From NCBI GenBank assembly GCA_028534125.1, contig CM052818.1, forward strand, positions 3,040,001 to 3,104,000: a stretch of 64,000 nucleotides of DNA, given 5' to 3'. The stretch's first letter is position 1; the number at the start of each line of letters is the position of its first letter. Shown piece after piece: positions 25,530 through 37,762 of the stretch. The notes below the pieces were generated by a model that did not search any database, was not told where the DNA came from, and saw only the letters and a program-made list of their open reading frames with translations. This DNA is from Lama glama (Eukaryota). Made by a program: the position numbers and the translations under genes.

Positions 25530-26510
25530 ACTGCAAGGGCCATTCTTACCCATGTTTACTTGTGCACCTGTGTGAAGGTTTCTCTAGCGGATAGACTAGA
25601 CTGAAATTGGTGGATCATAAGGCATATATTTAACTCCCTTAGACATTGACAAATTTTTTTTCAAAACATTGAAATAATTGACATTCTTACCAGCAATGTA
25701 GAAGAGGTCCCATTTACCAGCTCCTCACCAGCCTTTGGCCAACCAGACTCGATTTTTTTTTTCAGCATGATGATTATAAAGTGTTATCTTGTTTCAGTGG
25801 GCATTTCTCCGACTACCAGTGAAGTTGAGCATCTGTCCATTGGTTTATGAGTATTCAAGTTCTTTCTCTATGAATTATGCATTCCAAACCAATTGGCAAT
25901 TTTCTACAGGGTAATTTGTCTTTTATTTCTTTCTCTTTTTTTTTTTTTTTGTCTTTTGTTTCTTGATGTATATTCTGTGTACTGATTATTTGTCATTTGT
26001 ATACATGGCAGATATTTTCATTCAGTCCATAGCTTATCTTTTCACTTTGGTTATGGTGTGTTTTAGTATTTGCAAGGTTTTGATTTTAATGTTGTCAAAT
26101 TTTCCTTTACGGTTCATGGGAGTTTTTGATTTTATTTGAGAAATCTATCTCTACTTTATAAAAATACTCTTCTGTGCTTTTTTTTAAAAAAGTTTTATGC
26201 TTTTCTTCCACATTTAGTCTTTAATCCATAAGAGATTTATTTTCTGAGTGATATGAAGTAGGGGTTTAATTTTATTTTTCTCCATAGAGAGCCGTTGGTT
26301 CCAGCACATTTATTGACTAGTACTTCATTCCCTCTGCCATTAAACTCAGATGGAGACCACAGAAGTTCATCCCTCTGCAAAACTCAGTTTTTATTTCTAC
26401 AGTTTTATGATGTCTTACTAATTTAAAGGAAAATATCCTCACCACATTCTTCTCCAAAGTTGCCTTAGCTCTTCTTGATTCTTTGTATCAGTTTTGTCAA
26501 GTTCCATGAG
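25530..26510 (-). mobile_element. Degraded old L1 fragment
   Basis: T-rich antisense L1 motifs (cagcaatgtagaagag, gcatttctcc...gttgagcatct, ttccagcacatttattga). Confidence 0.6.
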
Positions 26511-26531
26511 AGTCCTTCTCAAAGTTTAACT

Positions 26532-26918
26532 TGTTAAGGAGGAAGACGTTTTCCTCTACCCTTCCAGGTTATTCTGGCTGGGCTAAGAATTAAACTGACA
26601 TGAGAGATTAACAGGAGGAGATCACACAAAAGTTTAATAACGTGTATACTTGGGAGAGACCCAGAAAAATTGAGTAAGACGCCAGAATGGCTGAAACCCT
26701 CACCTTAAATGCCATCTTCAGCTGAAGACAAAAGAGAAGGTTTGGAACTTCAAAGGGGAGGAAGGCAGTTCAGATGGAGATGCAAAAGCAAATGTTTGGT
26801 AAATAAACATTTTCTGGGCCCTGCAGAGACAACAGGATACAGAGAGGAATTTTAGAAAACAGACTTTGCTAGGTTCCTCCCTGTGTAATATATGTATTAT
26901 ATATATAAAATGCATACT

Positions 26919-26950
<32 letters not shown>

Positions 26951-27260
26951 AAATACATACTACAGTTTATCTATGGTGGTAGCTTCCTTCCTGGAACACA
27001 TCTTCTATCTACGTTCCTTTAGGCAATTTTCCTGAGTCTTTTGTTGTCATGGCAAATCGTCAGCTATCATGGCGCTGGTGAGTATGCCATTTACCATGCT
27101 AATGTATTATTATGAGCATATAATGAGGCTCAGGGTCTACTGGAAGTTCAAATCTTCCACCATCTTGGGCTTAGTTGGTTCTAACCAGTTTTGTTGGTTT
27201 GTTTGTTTCTCTTTGCAGCTTCCTCCTGAAACTTAGATAAGAGTAATTGGTTTTTATTGG
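26532..27260. mobile_element. ERV LTR-like sequence(s) with (TA)n at ~26888-26950
   Basis: Resembles ERV1-class LTRs from memory; family not determined. Confidence 0.4.
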
Positions 27261-28227
27261 AGGGAAGGGCAGGGGTATGATTCCAGGACAACAGCCTTGG
27301 TAACAAAGGATGGGTCGCAGGCATTGTCCTATTCTGATTCTTGTTCTGAAGGGGTTTGGGTCCTCTGAACAGATTAGAAAACTTACTCGTTACCTTTTCA
27401 TTCCAGAGCATACCCCTAGGCTTCTTGAGAGTTTTAGGGCCTCTAGTGGAAATGAAGGGGAAGGAAAGGGGGAATGAGGGTGCTGTGTAACTGCTTACAA
27501 AACTTTGTTCTTCTACCCTTATATCACCAGGGCCCCCAGGAAAAAGCCTCAGGGGAGGAATTCTTTGAGAGCCAGCAACACCTAAGGGGCCTTCCGGGAC
27601 TCCTAAAGCTGGGCACCACTTTTACAAAATTCAGACCCAGGCACAAAGGACCCAAAGGAAAAGAGCACTAAAAAGAGAGGGCACACCCAGCAGTGAGCTC
27701 ATTGAGGAGAGCGAGATAAAAAGACCATTACAACGATGTGGACAGGATTAAGGGAAAGCAGCAGCCCCGTGCTGCACCCGAGATGAGCAATCGTGGGGAG
27801 CTGTTACTCTCTCTAGACTTGGAGGGGAAGAGGAGAGAACGGTCACTGAAATCCAGAGAGACCCACAGCTACAAAAGAGAACTGTTCAACAGAGCATGGC
27901 CCTCAGTAGAGAGAGGCAGCCACTGCCAACCTATGGCCCCAGCGGTCCCACTAAGCATTTAGCCCCCTGCTTCTTAAAGCAGAGGCCCATTGATTAGGGT
28001 AAGCAAAGCAGAAGTCACTAAGTGGTCCTCTATTTCTTGTTCCTACCACTTGGCCCTAGGGTTGGTTGGGTCCTTCTTAGAGGCAGGAAAATCTGCAGGC
28101 TTATTATATTTGTTGGTCCACAGACCTATTTGAGCTGTTTGTCCTGAGAAAAGCAAGGAAGGGCTGAGATGGGTCTGAGCTTGGTGTTCCTGGATCAGAT
28201 AAGACAGGCCACCAAAATCTCTCCCAA

Positions 28228-28288
28228 CCACACACACACGCATACACACACACACACGCATGCACACACACAGACAAACACACACACT
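28228..28288. repeat. Interrupted (CA)n microsatellite
   Basis: Directly visible. Confidence 0.9.
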
Positions 28289-28769
28289 CCACGTGTACAT
28301 ATGTAGTAAAAGCTATAAAGTACTCTACAGATGTTAGTTATTTTATTATCAATGATGCTCTTGGTGGGTAAGTTGGTCTGCAAACTACAGAGAGAAGACT
28401 CTGAAGTTTCAGAAAGCAACCTGGAGTGTAAGGAGTGAGGGTAAAAAAAAAAAAATAGAGGAAAATCAAGGAAAGAGGAGATTGTAAAATGGCTTAAGAC
28501 TTGGGTCCGTTCTCTGAGCTCCAGGACTGACTTGGAAGACGCACCCCCTCCTTCGTTCACAGCCGTATTCTTTTCATGCTTAGATGAAGCAAGGAACTCA
28601 CCAAGGAAGAGGTCAGAACCTACAGTTAGGGATGCTTTTTATTACACACATTGGTGGAAGGAAAAAGCAATCTCAGCAAAAACACTTGATATAGAGTAGG
28701 TCCTAAATATGCGTGAGTTGAGACTAAACAGGCTTTTCATTCATCTCTAATGGGCTGGTGAATTTTTCT

Positions 28770-29480
28770 CAAGCCCTCCTGCCTGCTCACTCTGGAAACA
28801 GAGGCAACCTGAGCTACTGACCACCCCTTGTCCCTAAGCCTCGATCGACCTCTTCCCTGCTTCATCAGTTCCCCCCTGTCTCAGAAGAGATGGTCACCAT
28901 CCACAGCTAACCCCTCCATCTAGACCTTGAATCCACTCCTCTGTGGATTGTATCAGTTACTCCCCTTTAGTCTGATTTCTCTTCCCTTGTCTCTTTTCCC
29001 TGCCTATACACATGCTTAGCCTTAGACAAGATTTTAAAAAAACACCTCTTGACCCTGCGCCCTTCTCCAGTTTTATTCCCCTCTTAATTACTTACCTAGT
29101 TACTCCTTTATAGTCCCTTTTACTCCTCCCTCCCATCACCACTGAACTCCTAAAATACCCTGCCCACCTGGCTTCCTGCATATGTCATTTTAAAAGTCAC
29201 CCACAACCTCTGTGTCGCCAAATCCGATGATCTCTTTTTAGTCTTGATTTTGCTGCCACACTTGACCCTCAGGAGCACTGCCTCTTCCTGGAAACGCTAT
29301 CCCAGCCGGTGCCACCATTCTCAACTGGTTCTCCTACATCTCAGACCATCTCTCACCTTCTTAGTCTCCTTTGTCACTGGATCTCTTTAAATGTTGGTGG
29401 CCCCCAGTTTTCTCTCCTTGGCTCCTTTCTCTTCTAACTTTGTACACTCTTCCCAGACAAGCTCATTTGCTAACTCGTTT
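28770..29480. mobile_element. L2 LINE remnant
   Basis: C/T-rich L2-like motifs (ccttcttcctggaaac-type, gccaaatcc...cagtctt); similar remnants at 32310-32910, 51300-51760, 60010-60440. Confidence 0.55.
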
Positions 29481-29773
29481 TCAATATTCTTCCCAATCAT
29501 CATTTCCAGTCTGGGAGCACTGGCGGCATGGAGCCAGCCACCGTCTACTGGGAATTGTGGGTTCCACAAGGGTGCTAGGGGTGGCACTATCCTACCCAAA
29601 GCTTGGACTTCTGCCGGTGACCCACAGGCAGTTTTTGCTTAGCTGTCACAGCAGATCCGTGTGTGCAAGGCCTTCTGCTAGGTGAGGCGGGGCCAGGGAG
29701 GGGGGTGCACACAGACTTACAGCAAGTTGGTCACCAGCCCTCCCCCTCCTAGGATATCCACATGGCCACACAC

Positions 29774-30273
29774 NNNNNNNNNNNNNNNNNNNNNNNNNNN
29801 NNNNNNNNNNNNNNNNNNNNNNNNNNNNNNNNNNNNNNNNNNNNNNNNNNNNNNNNNNNNNNNNNNNNNNNNNNNNNNNNNNNNNNNNNNNNNNNNNNNN
29901 NNNNNNNNNNNNNNNNNNNNNNNNNNNNNNNNNNNNNNNNNNNNNNNNNNNNNNNNNNNNNNNNNNNNNNNNNNNNNNNNNNNNNNNNNNNNNNNNNNNN
30001 NNNNNNNNNNNNNNNNNNNNNNNNNNNNNNNNNNNNNNNNNNNNNNNNNNNNNNNNNNNNNNNNNNNNNNNNNNNNNNNNNNNNNNNNNNNNNNNNNNNN
30101 NNNNNNNNNNNNNNNNNNNNNNNNNNNNNNNNNNNNNNNNNNNNNNNNNNNNNNNNNNNNNNNNNNNNNNNNNNNNNNNNNNNNNNNNNNNNNNNNNNNN
30201 NNNNNNNNNNNNNNNNNNNNNNNNNNNNNNNNNNNNNNNNNNNNNNNNNNNNNNNNNNNNNNNNNNNNNNNNN
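29774..30273. other. Assembly gap (500 N)
   Basis: Run of N. Confidence 1.
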
Positions 30274-30900
30274 GGTGCGGTGACCCCGGAAGCGGCGGTG
30301 AGGGGGCGGGCCTACGCGCGGGAGTCCATGTGGGCGCCGGCGGGGCGGGTAACAGCGCGGGGTCGCCATGGCGGAGCTGCAGCAGCTCCGGGTGCGAGAG
30401 GCGGTGGATTCCATGGTGAAGAGTCTGGAGAAAGAGAACATCCGGAAGATCCAGGTAGCCGGGCGAGGGCCGATCCGGGGGTCCGGGATTCCCGGCCCCT
30501 TCCCGCAGCCGCCGCGCCATCCCCCGCGCCACTGCGGCCCTCCCGGCCGACGCGTGTCGAGGTGTCCCTGGGGTCGTCCCTGGGGTCCTCGGAAGCACGC
30601 CTCGCCCTCAGACAGAACTTCGGGAGCTTTGGCTGAGCGGATAAAATCTGTGCGTCCTCGCCACGCGCACGGCCGTTTGCCCCCCAGGCCGGGCCGTGGG
30701 AGGGGGTGTCCCCGCACCGGGGTTAAATACCCGCTGGTATGAGGCGTTCGGCCTCCCCGACCTTCCCCTCTTGCGCGGCCCCTTGTGCAGGTGAGCAGGC
30801 CGAGGCCCGAAAAGATCGCGGCCAAGGTGAAAGACCGGGAAGGCGAAAGCTCTCGGCCGCCTCAGTGGCCAGGCTGTGCCCGGTTCTGTAACACCGAACT
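30274..30900 (+). promoter_or_regulatory. FAM136A CpG island / proximal promoter
   Basis: Very high CpG density; ETS CCGGAAG near 30287; GC boxes GGGGCGGG near 30303 and 30342. Confidence 0.85.
30368..30454 (+). CDS. FAM136A: FAM136A coding exon 1 (MAELQQLRVREAVDSMVKSLEKENIRKIQ)
   Basis: Kozak gccATGg; matches the known FAM136A N-terminus; donor CAG|gtagcc; 87 nt. Confidence 0.97.
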
Positions 30901-31022
30901 CTGCTCCACACAGCGTTCGTCCTGCTTTGACCCCCTAAATGTCTTGTAGCTGTTGGTCCTGCTTCCCTAACCGGATTGTGGGTTTACCTTGTAAAGGTGC
31001 CCCTGGAATCGAGTGGACCGGT

Positions 31023-31035
31023 TGCCCCCTGGTGG
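31023..31035 (-). promoter_or_regulatory. CTCF core motif in FAM136A intron 1
   Basis: Minus strand reads CCACCAGGGGGCA. Confidence 0.65.
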
Positions 31036-31357
31036 AATGTAGGTTCCTAGGTTGCTGACCTCTGAACCCTGTGGTGTAGGCACCTAGTTTTCAGAACTTG
31101 GCCTCATCTGACCCACCACCACCTTCCGCGTCCACCCAGCCTTCAGTGCAACAAGTGCCAATGAACTAGCAGCAAGGAGGCCACGCAGCGCTCCACTAGG
31201 CGAAAAGGATAATGTTCCCATTCGTGGTTTTAAGGCCCTGATGTCTATTCTAAGGAGAAGTGCGGATATAGACGCCCCTCCTAGCCTCTGTTGCACTCCA
31301 AGGTCATCTCTGTCCCCGGAGGCTTTCCTGCCTCACCTCTCCGCCCTCCCTCCACAG

Positions 31358-31498
31358 GGCCTCATGTTCCAGTGCAGCGCCGGCTGTTGTGAGGACAGCC
31401 ACGCGTCCATGCAGCAAGTGCACCAGTGCATTGAGCGCTGCCATATGCCTCTGGCTCAAGCCCAGTCCCTGGTGACCAGCGAGTTGGAGAAGTTTCAG
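31358..31498 (+). CDS. FAM136A: FAM136A coding exon 2 ([11 protein letters not shown]...ELEKFQ)
   Basis: Pyrimidine tract + cag acceptor, gtaagg donor, 141 nt, CX3C motifs. Confidence 0.97.
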
Positions 31499-33236
31499 GT
31501 AAGGAATATCCCAGACAGAGGACTCCAGCCCTTAGTGTTGGTCTTTTGCAGGAGATGACAGGCATTTGTTCAAAACTCTTGGCTTTAGTGTCTTCGTTCT
31601 GTGTTAACATTTGTGACAGTGCTATAGCCAGCTAGTCTTCACAGGATTTTAAGTTATAGAAAAAATCCTGGAGGTTGAGTGCTATAAGAATTTCCCACAG
31701 AAACAATGTAAAAGGGAGTTACCAAGAGCCTCATGATTCCCCTCCCCCACTGACACCAAATATAAAATATGTCTGTACAGTGTAAAGCTTTCCAAAACAT
31801 AGTAACTTAGAGCAAGATCCTACCATCACTTTGTAGATTTGCCCACCAAGAACACCCCTACTTTCTACACCCAGAGGGCAGCCCCCGTGTCACTAAAGAG
31901 CAGTCTTCATTTATTTGAAGAATTGTTGTTGTTGGCTTGCTGATTCCTATCTCACAAGCTTCTCTGGGGTCTCTAAGAGCCCCCCATATCCCTCCCTGGA
32001 GCAAAGGGTAGCCACAACTTCATTTTACTCCCTTCCTCGGGATATATTTTCCTGGAACTTGGGGGAAGCAGGGCCCACTTCTGAACCAGTTTTTCATAGC
32101 CTGGGATTCTGTTCACATGGCAAAATTATATCTCTGATACATCTTTACATTCTATATAAAATTCTTCAAAATTACTGAGGCTATAAGAGAATAACTTCTC
32201 CAAGATCATGGAACTCCAAGAGGGTTTCTTGGTGTTTGACACCTTATTTTACTGCTAGCGTCTTTCAAAATTTGCTTCTTTAATTACTGTATAACTTTCT
32301 CCTCCCATTCACTTTTCAGTCCTCTCCAAGCTGACTTACTCTTCCACTGTGCCGGAACCACTCTCACCATTCCCCTCCATGGGGCTGAAATCAGTGGTTA
32401 TTTTCATTCCTCATCTTACTCAGTACATCTGCATCTTTGATACAGTGGTTCATTCGCCCCCCTCCTTAAAACCCTTTATTCAGTTGGCCTCAGGATAGAC
32501 TAGCTCACTCTCCTGGGTTTCTACCTCTCTCCTTGGCCATCCTTTCTTGTTCTTATTTACTGATTGTTCCCATCTCCAGCCTCTGAGGAGCATTGGAGTG
32601 CCCAGGGCCAACCCTGGACCTTTTCTCTTCTCTGTCTAGTTCTCTAGTCTCGTAGTTATAAATATCTATATGCTGACAACTCCTACATTCATACCTCTAG
32701 ACCAGCTGCACTCCTGATCTCCAGATTCATATTCCCAACTTTTTTACCCAACATCACCACTTATTTATTTTATTTGTCCATCTGCCCTCACTGGAATATA
32801 AGTTCAATGAGGTCAAGAACTTTATCCATGTTACTCAATGCTGTATTCCCAACATTACAAGAGTCCCTGGCACATAGCTGATGCTCAATACATTATTTGT
32901 TGACTTGAGTATTTCTCTGTAGCAAGGACAGACCTTACAGAATCAAGATGTTTGAAAATCTGTAGTTGAGTAACAGTGGCCTCTAGTTACTTCTCACTTC
33001 CTGGAAGAAGCTTCTGTATAATTTATTCTATTCTATCATTCATCTGCTTTCTAGTAATGCTTTGTCTGGGCACCCGTGTCCTTTTTTTCTTTTTTAATAT
33101 ATATAGTGTCCCTTAAATTGATCAAGATAATACATGTCAAGCCAAAATATGCAGCACAGAGCCTGGCACATGATAAGCACTTGGTAAATAAAGCTCAGCC
33201 TCTCAGTCTTCTCTCCCCTTTTCCTTCTTGCCACAG

Positions 33237-33425
33237 GACCGCCTGACCCGGTGCACCATGCATTGCAACGACAAAGCCAAAGATTCAATAGATGCAGGGA
33301 GTAAAGAGCCTCAGGTGAAGCGACAGCTGGAGAGTTGTGTGACCAAGTGTGTGGATGACCACATGAACCTCATCCCAACCATGACCAGGAAGATGAAGGA
33401 GTCTCTCTCATCCATGGGGAAGTAG
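33237..33425 (+). CDS. FAM136A: FAM136A coding exon 3 ([10 protein letters not shown]...SSMGK*)
   Basis: ttccttcttgccacag acceptor; TAG stop; total 138 aa. Confidence 0.97.
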   Translation, partial: DRLTRCTMHCNDKAKDSIDAGSKEPQVKRQLESCVTKCVDDHMNLIPTMTRKMKESLSSMGK

Positions 33426-34699
33426 AAGTCTGCTGTTGGCCATCCGGGCTAAGGGCAGGAATCTATTTTAAAAGAGGAATGAGGATTTGGGTCTTTTAAG
33501 CAAAGTTTATGAATGAAGAAATTAAGGATGGCAGCACATTTAAGGCCTACGTCACTTCCTTCTGGACACTGTTTCCTTTGTGTTTCAATCCTAAAAAGTG
33601 AGATGGAAAAAACTGGTGCTAAAATTTGGGTCAGAGATAGCACAGGTGTTTTTGAGAGCCCAAGTGTCACGTGGCAAGTGCTTATCCTGGCAGCAGGGAT
33701 CTCCCTTGTACCAAACCGGAGCCCTCCGAGGTACCAGATTGTCATAGTACACAGGTACCATCAGGTGGGCAGGTTCCTCTAGCCTGCCTGTGATCTGGTG
33801 GTGTGAAGAGAGGTGTTTCTGTTGTCAGCTTCCTGTCTACCGGAAGGATCACCACACCATTTTCCATAAACTGTAAAACAAAATACAGGAGGTTACCAAT
33901 TTAAAAGGGAAAAGGAGACTTCTAGGGTTTGGTTTGGTTTGGTTTTATAGACACAGGCATGAAGTTAAGATGTGGCCTTGGGAGAGTTAATTTGCATAAG
34001 ATCTTTGAAACGGTCCTTGTGGGTATTCATTTCTGGCCATCAAGGTGTGGATGCGCATTTCTTAAATTACATTACATCTTTCAGCCTGGAGTCCCTACAA
34101 AAATATGAGAGGTGATGTCACACTGGTATGGAAGCAAACCTTCCCTCTCGCTGGCAGCCATGATTGGCCCTGAGGCTGCCTGCAGCAGTGACAGGACAAT
34201 CTTGCGGTGACACTCAGCCTTGAAGGGAAAGGAGGTTTTGTGCTGTGCACTAGTATTCAGGAGTGAACAGTGAAAGAAAAACAGTTAGCTGCTTAATTAA
34301 GAGTTACGAAGTACTGGATTTGAAAAAATCTGGTTTTCATAAAACAGGATAGAATGAAAGCTTAAACCCAGTATTGCTTACTTTGCCCCCTGAAATGACA
34401 GAGCTCTATTGAGACAATCTCTTGGCAACACAAAGGGGATGGGAGAAAAAGTAAGCATCTTGGGGGTGAGCTGTGACTTTTTTAGAGCTAAAGAGGGACA
34501 GCCCCCCACCCCCATCACCAAATACCACTTTTGCCAGGGCCTTTGCAAAATGCATTGTTCTTCCCCTAGTTCTGGCACCTTACCGTTTTGTTAAGTAAGT
34601 TGTTGTCTTTTTACCAATTTATTACTTGAAATGTTAATGTAGCCTGTCTGTTTGCTGTTTCAAGACTGTGATATATTTTCCTAGTGGTTTGGTTTTAAA

Positions 34700-34705
34700 A
34701 ATAAA
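34700..34705 (+). terminator. Probable FAM136A polyadenylation signal AATAAA (second AATAAA at 34800-34805)
   Basis: AATAAA followed ~25 nt later by a U/GU-rich tract. Confidence 0.7.
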
Positions 34706-35487
34706 TAAGGTTTAATTTTTCCTCCATTATTGTGTTTATTTCTTTATGTCTGGGCAGTGAGGATATAACTGTCACGATGCTTCTCTTTGTAATATGTGAA
34801 ATAAATGTAAGCCGTCCAGGGAAGTGAAAATTAGTTTTGTGATATGATTCAGGTGCTTGTAAATGGGAAGAACTTTGAGGGCAGGCTAGGGCACTACAAC
34901 CTGAAGTCCATTCATGTAAAAAGACAGACACTATAAGGTTGAAAAAAAGAAACTCTGTTCACATCAGGTCTCTAGCTTCAACTAACACTAACAGCAAAAG
35001 ATGGAAAAGATAGACAGTTACGGCCTCTCTAGAGAAAATGCAGTGTCTAGGATTTTGAGTACCAAGAGAGTACAAAACATATGAGTTTAAGTCTACTATC
35101 ACTGGCATGTAAATAGAGTTTTCTGGACATTCTATTTTGGCCTAGGTCTTCTATAATCCCTGTTGTATTTGATTCATAAATGTAGATGCTCCTGTTTTGG
35201 GCAACTTAACTAGGAACAAGTAAGAGCATATGTTGAAAATCAATACCTCAGATCGTGTGTGTGTGTAAGTGTGTTGCACATCATATTTTATATAGATGGG
35301 CAGAGTACATTTAGTGGGGCTTTGTAGGCCTTGTTAACAAGCATTGCAGGACCATCTGTCAGGAGTACAGTTCTGGGTTCTAGAAATTCTTGGAAGCTGA
35401 GGCCCATCACCCTACTCTTTTGATGCAGCGGTCACTAACTGAGCTGTTACTAGAATCCTAGGCTTTGCATGACATCCTGTGGAAATA

Positions 35488-35811
35488 CAGGCAAACCTCA
35501 GAGATATTGCAGGTTCAGTTGGAGATCACCACAATGAAGCAAACATCTCAATAAAGTCACACAAGTATTTTGGTCCGATCACGGATCACCATAGCAAATA
35601 TAACGATGAAATCGTTTGAAATACTGTGAGAATTACCAAAATGTGACACAGAGGCATGAAGTGAACAAATGCTGTTGAGGAAGAAAAAAATGGCATGAGA
35701 GATTTGCTGGACTCAGTTGCGACAAATCTTAAATTTGTTTTTAAAAAAAAAAAAAAAGCAATCTCCACAAAGCGCAATAAAGGAAAGCGCCATACACGGG
35801 AGGTATGCCCA
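35488..35811 (-). mobile_element. Tigger1 internal-deletion derivative
   Basis: ta|caggcaaacctc ... gaggtatgccc inverted termini matching the Tigger1 TIR CAGGCATACCTC. Confidence 0.8.
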
Positions 35812-35979
35812 AACATGCTGAACACATTTCAGGGGCCCACTCCTCTAGAGCTTATTTTCATTCGGCACGTACGAAGAAGATAAACACTGCAACTCATAAA
35901 GACAAGGGTTTTCCAGCGTCCTTCAAAAGCTACAGGTAGGACCGGGGCACCTCACTTTCATAGAAGAACGGAATGAAGG

Positions 35980-36510
35980 AGCACTTCTGGAGGCCCCACC
36001 CCTCCGATCTGACGACGCGACCGGAAGCTTGGGGCTGATCGACAAGCGCCCGCTTTCCCTAAGTATCGCGAGGTAAAACGTGAAAGCAGCCGACAATCAA
36101 CTGGCTGGCGGGATCAGTGACGTCAGACGCGAAACGCCGGGCCTACAGCTAGAGCGTGAGGTGCTGCACGGGTTCTGTTTGGAGGCATCTTTGAGCTGTC
36201 CGAGTGGTCATCATGAGCAAAGCTCACCCTCCCGAGTTGAAGAAGTAAGTGTGTGTGAGGGCCGCGCCCTCGTGGCCGCTTCTTGCTGTGTCTCGTGTTC
36301 CTCAGATGCCCCGCCATTTCCTGAGAGTGCGCCTGGCGTGCGTATTCCGGTGCGCGGCCGCGGCGATCCGGGCCGGAGTCCCGCGCTTCGGGGCCTGAAA
36401 CCCGCGCGGGAGTCGTATTTCGGCTGGGGGGTCGTGGTTACCAAAGGCAGCAAGGCGCCTCGGTCCAGCCGACTTGCCTCCCAGGCGGGACCTCGCGGCC
36501 CCACGTCTCC
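35980..36510 (+). promoter_or_regulatory. SNRPG CpG-island promoter
   Basis: ETS ACCGGAAG near 36020, TATCGCGAG (BANP-like) near 36064, E2F-like TGGCGGGA near 36106, full CRE TGACGTCA at 36118-36125. Confidence 0.85.
36213..36244 (+). CDS. SNRPG: SNRPG (Sm-G) coding exon 1 (MSKAHPPELK)
   Basis: atgagcaaagctcaccctcccgagttgaagaa|gtaagt; too short for the ORF track. Confidence 0.96.
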
Positions 36511-37602
36511 CCCACTCTCTCCCTCCTTACTTGAAGATCTTGAGTGCCATCCTTTGTAGCATCATGTTCTAGATGCTGGAGAGTAAGTCTACAAGGAACT
36601 AAGGAGATGGGTGGGATGGAAGCGTTTGTTAGTATATGAGGAATCAAAAGCCGCCTTAGTCTTAAAGGATGTGGTTGTTCCTTTGAGTTTTAACTTAGAA
36701 ATCCCATTTCTTTTTCTTGCGTGCTTGTACTTAGGTTAAGCTTGAATGTCATATGATACGTTGCTCTGTTAACAGAAGTTTGTAAGAAATTCATTTTTTC
36801 TAATTAGAGAAGGCCAGAGGGTTGGGATTGGGGGCGGGGCGGGGGAGGGATACCCAGTAAAATCAACTCGAAGTAGTGTATTCCTACTTTAGATATGACC
36901 CAATTTACAGTTTTGGCGTCCTCAGACACTCTTGACTGAACTTAGCATGTTCCATGTTTCCTAAGTAACTTCTCCATCATGCTTATTCTATGTAATGCTG
37001 GAATTCTGCATGTAGTAGTTGGATAGCACAAAGGATGCAAAATTGATCCAGGAATCAATTTGTGAGGCAGCCATCTCGTCTGCCTTGTTTATAGTTCATT
37101 TATTATTAGCCTCATAAAAAGTTAAACTTAAGGAAAGGTTCATATTTAATAATTTTGCATTTAAATGCACATTTGTATTAAAGCCATCTTTTGTGCAAAA
37201 ACTCCGTGTATATTTTAATTGGGTCTGTTAAAGATTTAATTATTAAATTATAAGCCTAACATTAAGAAAAATAGGAACTGTTGAGAAAACGCTTATCTAA
37301 GTTATTCTTTTATTGGTGAGCTGGTAAAATCTTGTAAGTTTTGTGTGAATTCATCAGGAACTGGTGCAATGGTAATTATTTTGTAACAAAAGGACCATAA
37401 GGTTTCCCTTTTGATTCTTAAGACATTATTTGAGAATTTCAAAAGATGAAACTAGTTTTAATTCCTCTCTTCTTGTCTCTAGATTTCATGAATTGCATAA
37501 TTCTGTCAGGGTTGCCTCCAAAATGACTTAAATTTTTTCTTCTGTTAGTTTCTCATAAATATCTTCTTTTACACTTTTATACCCTCCTACTTTAGCATAG
37601 CT

Positions 37603-37762
37603 GAGTGGTTCTTAACTGCAGGATAGGGAGTCTGGTTCTACCAGGATCTAGTAGGCAGAGGCCAGGGTTGCTGCTAAACGTTCTGCAGTGCACTGGACAT
37701 CACTCAGCAACAGAATTATCTGGCCCCAAATGTCAGTTATGCCAAGGTTGAGATATCCTGGC
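37603..37762 (+). mobile_element. MER20-like hAT element
   Basis: gaattatctggccccaaatgtcagttatgccaaggttgagatatcctg; another fragment at 48700-48790 (-). Confidence 0.7.

Noticed and set aside
29682..30825. Long ORFs of 173-358 aa
   Set aside because: Artefacts of reading through the N gap and GC-rich sequence
36080..36559. 159-aa ORF over the SNRPG promoter
   Set aside because: CpG-island shadow ORF; the real exon 1 is in another frame
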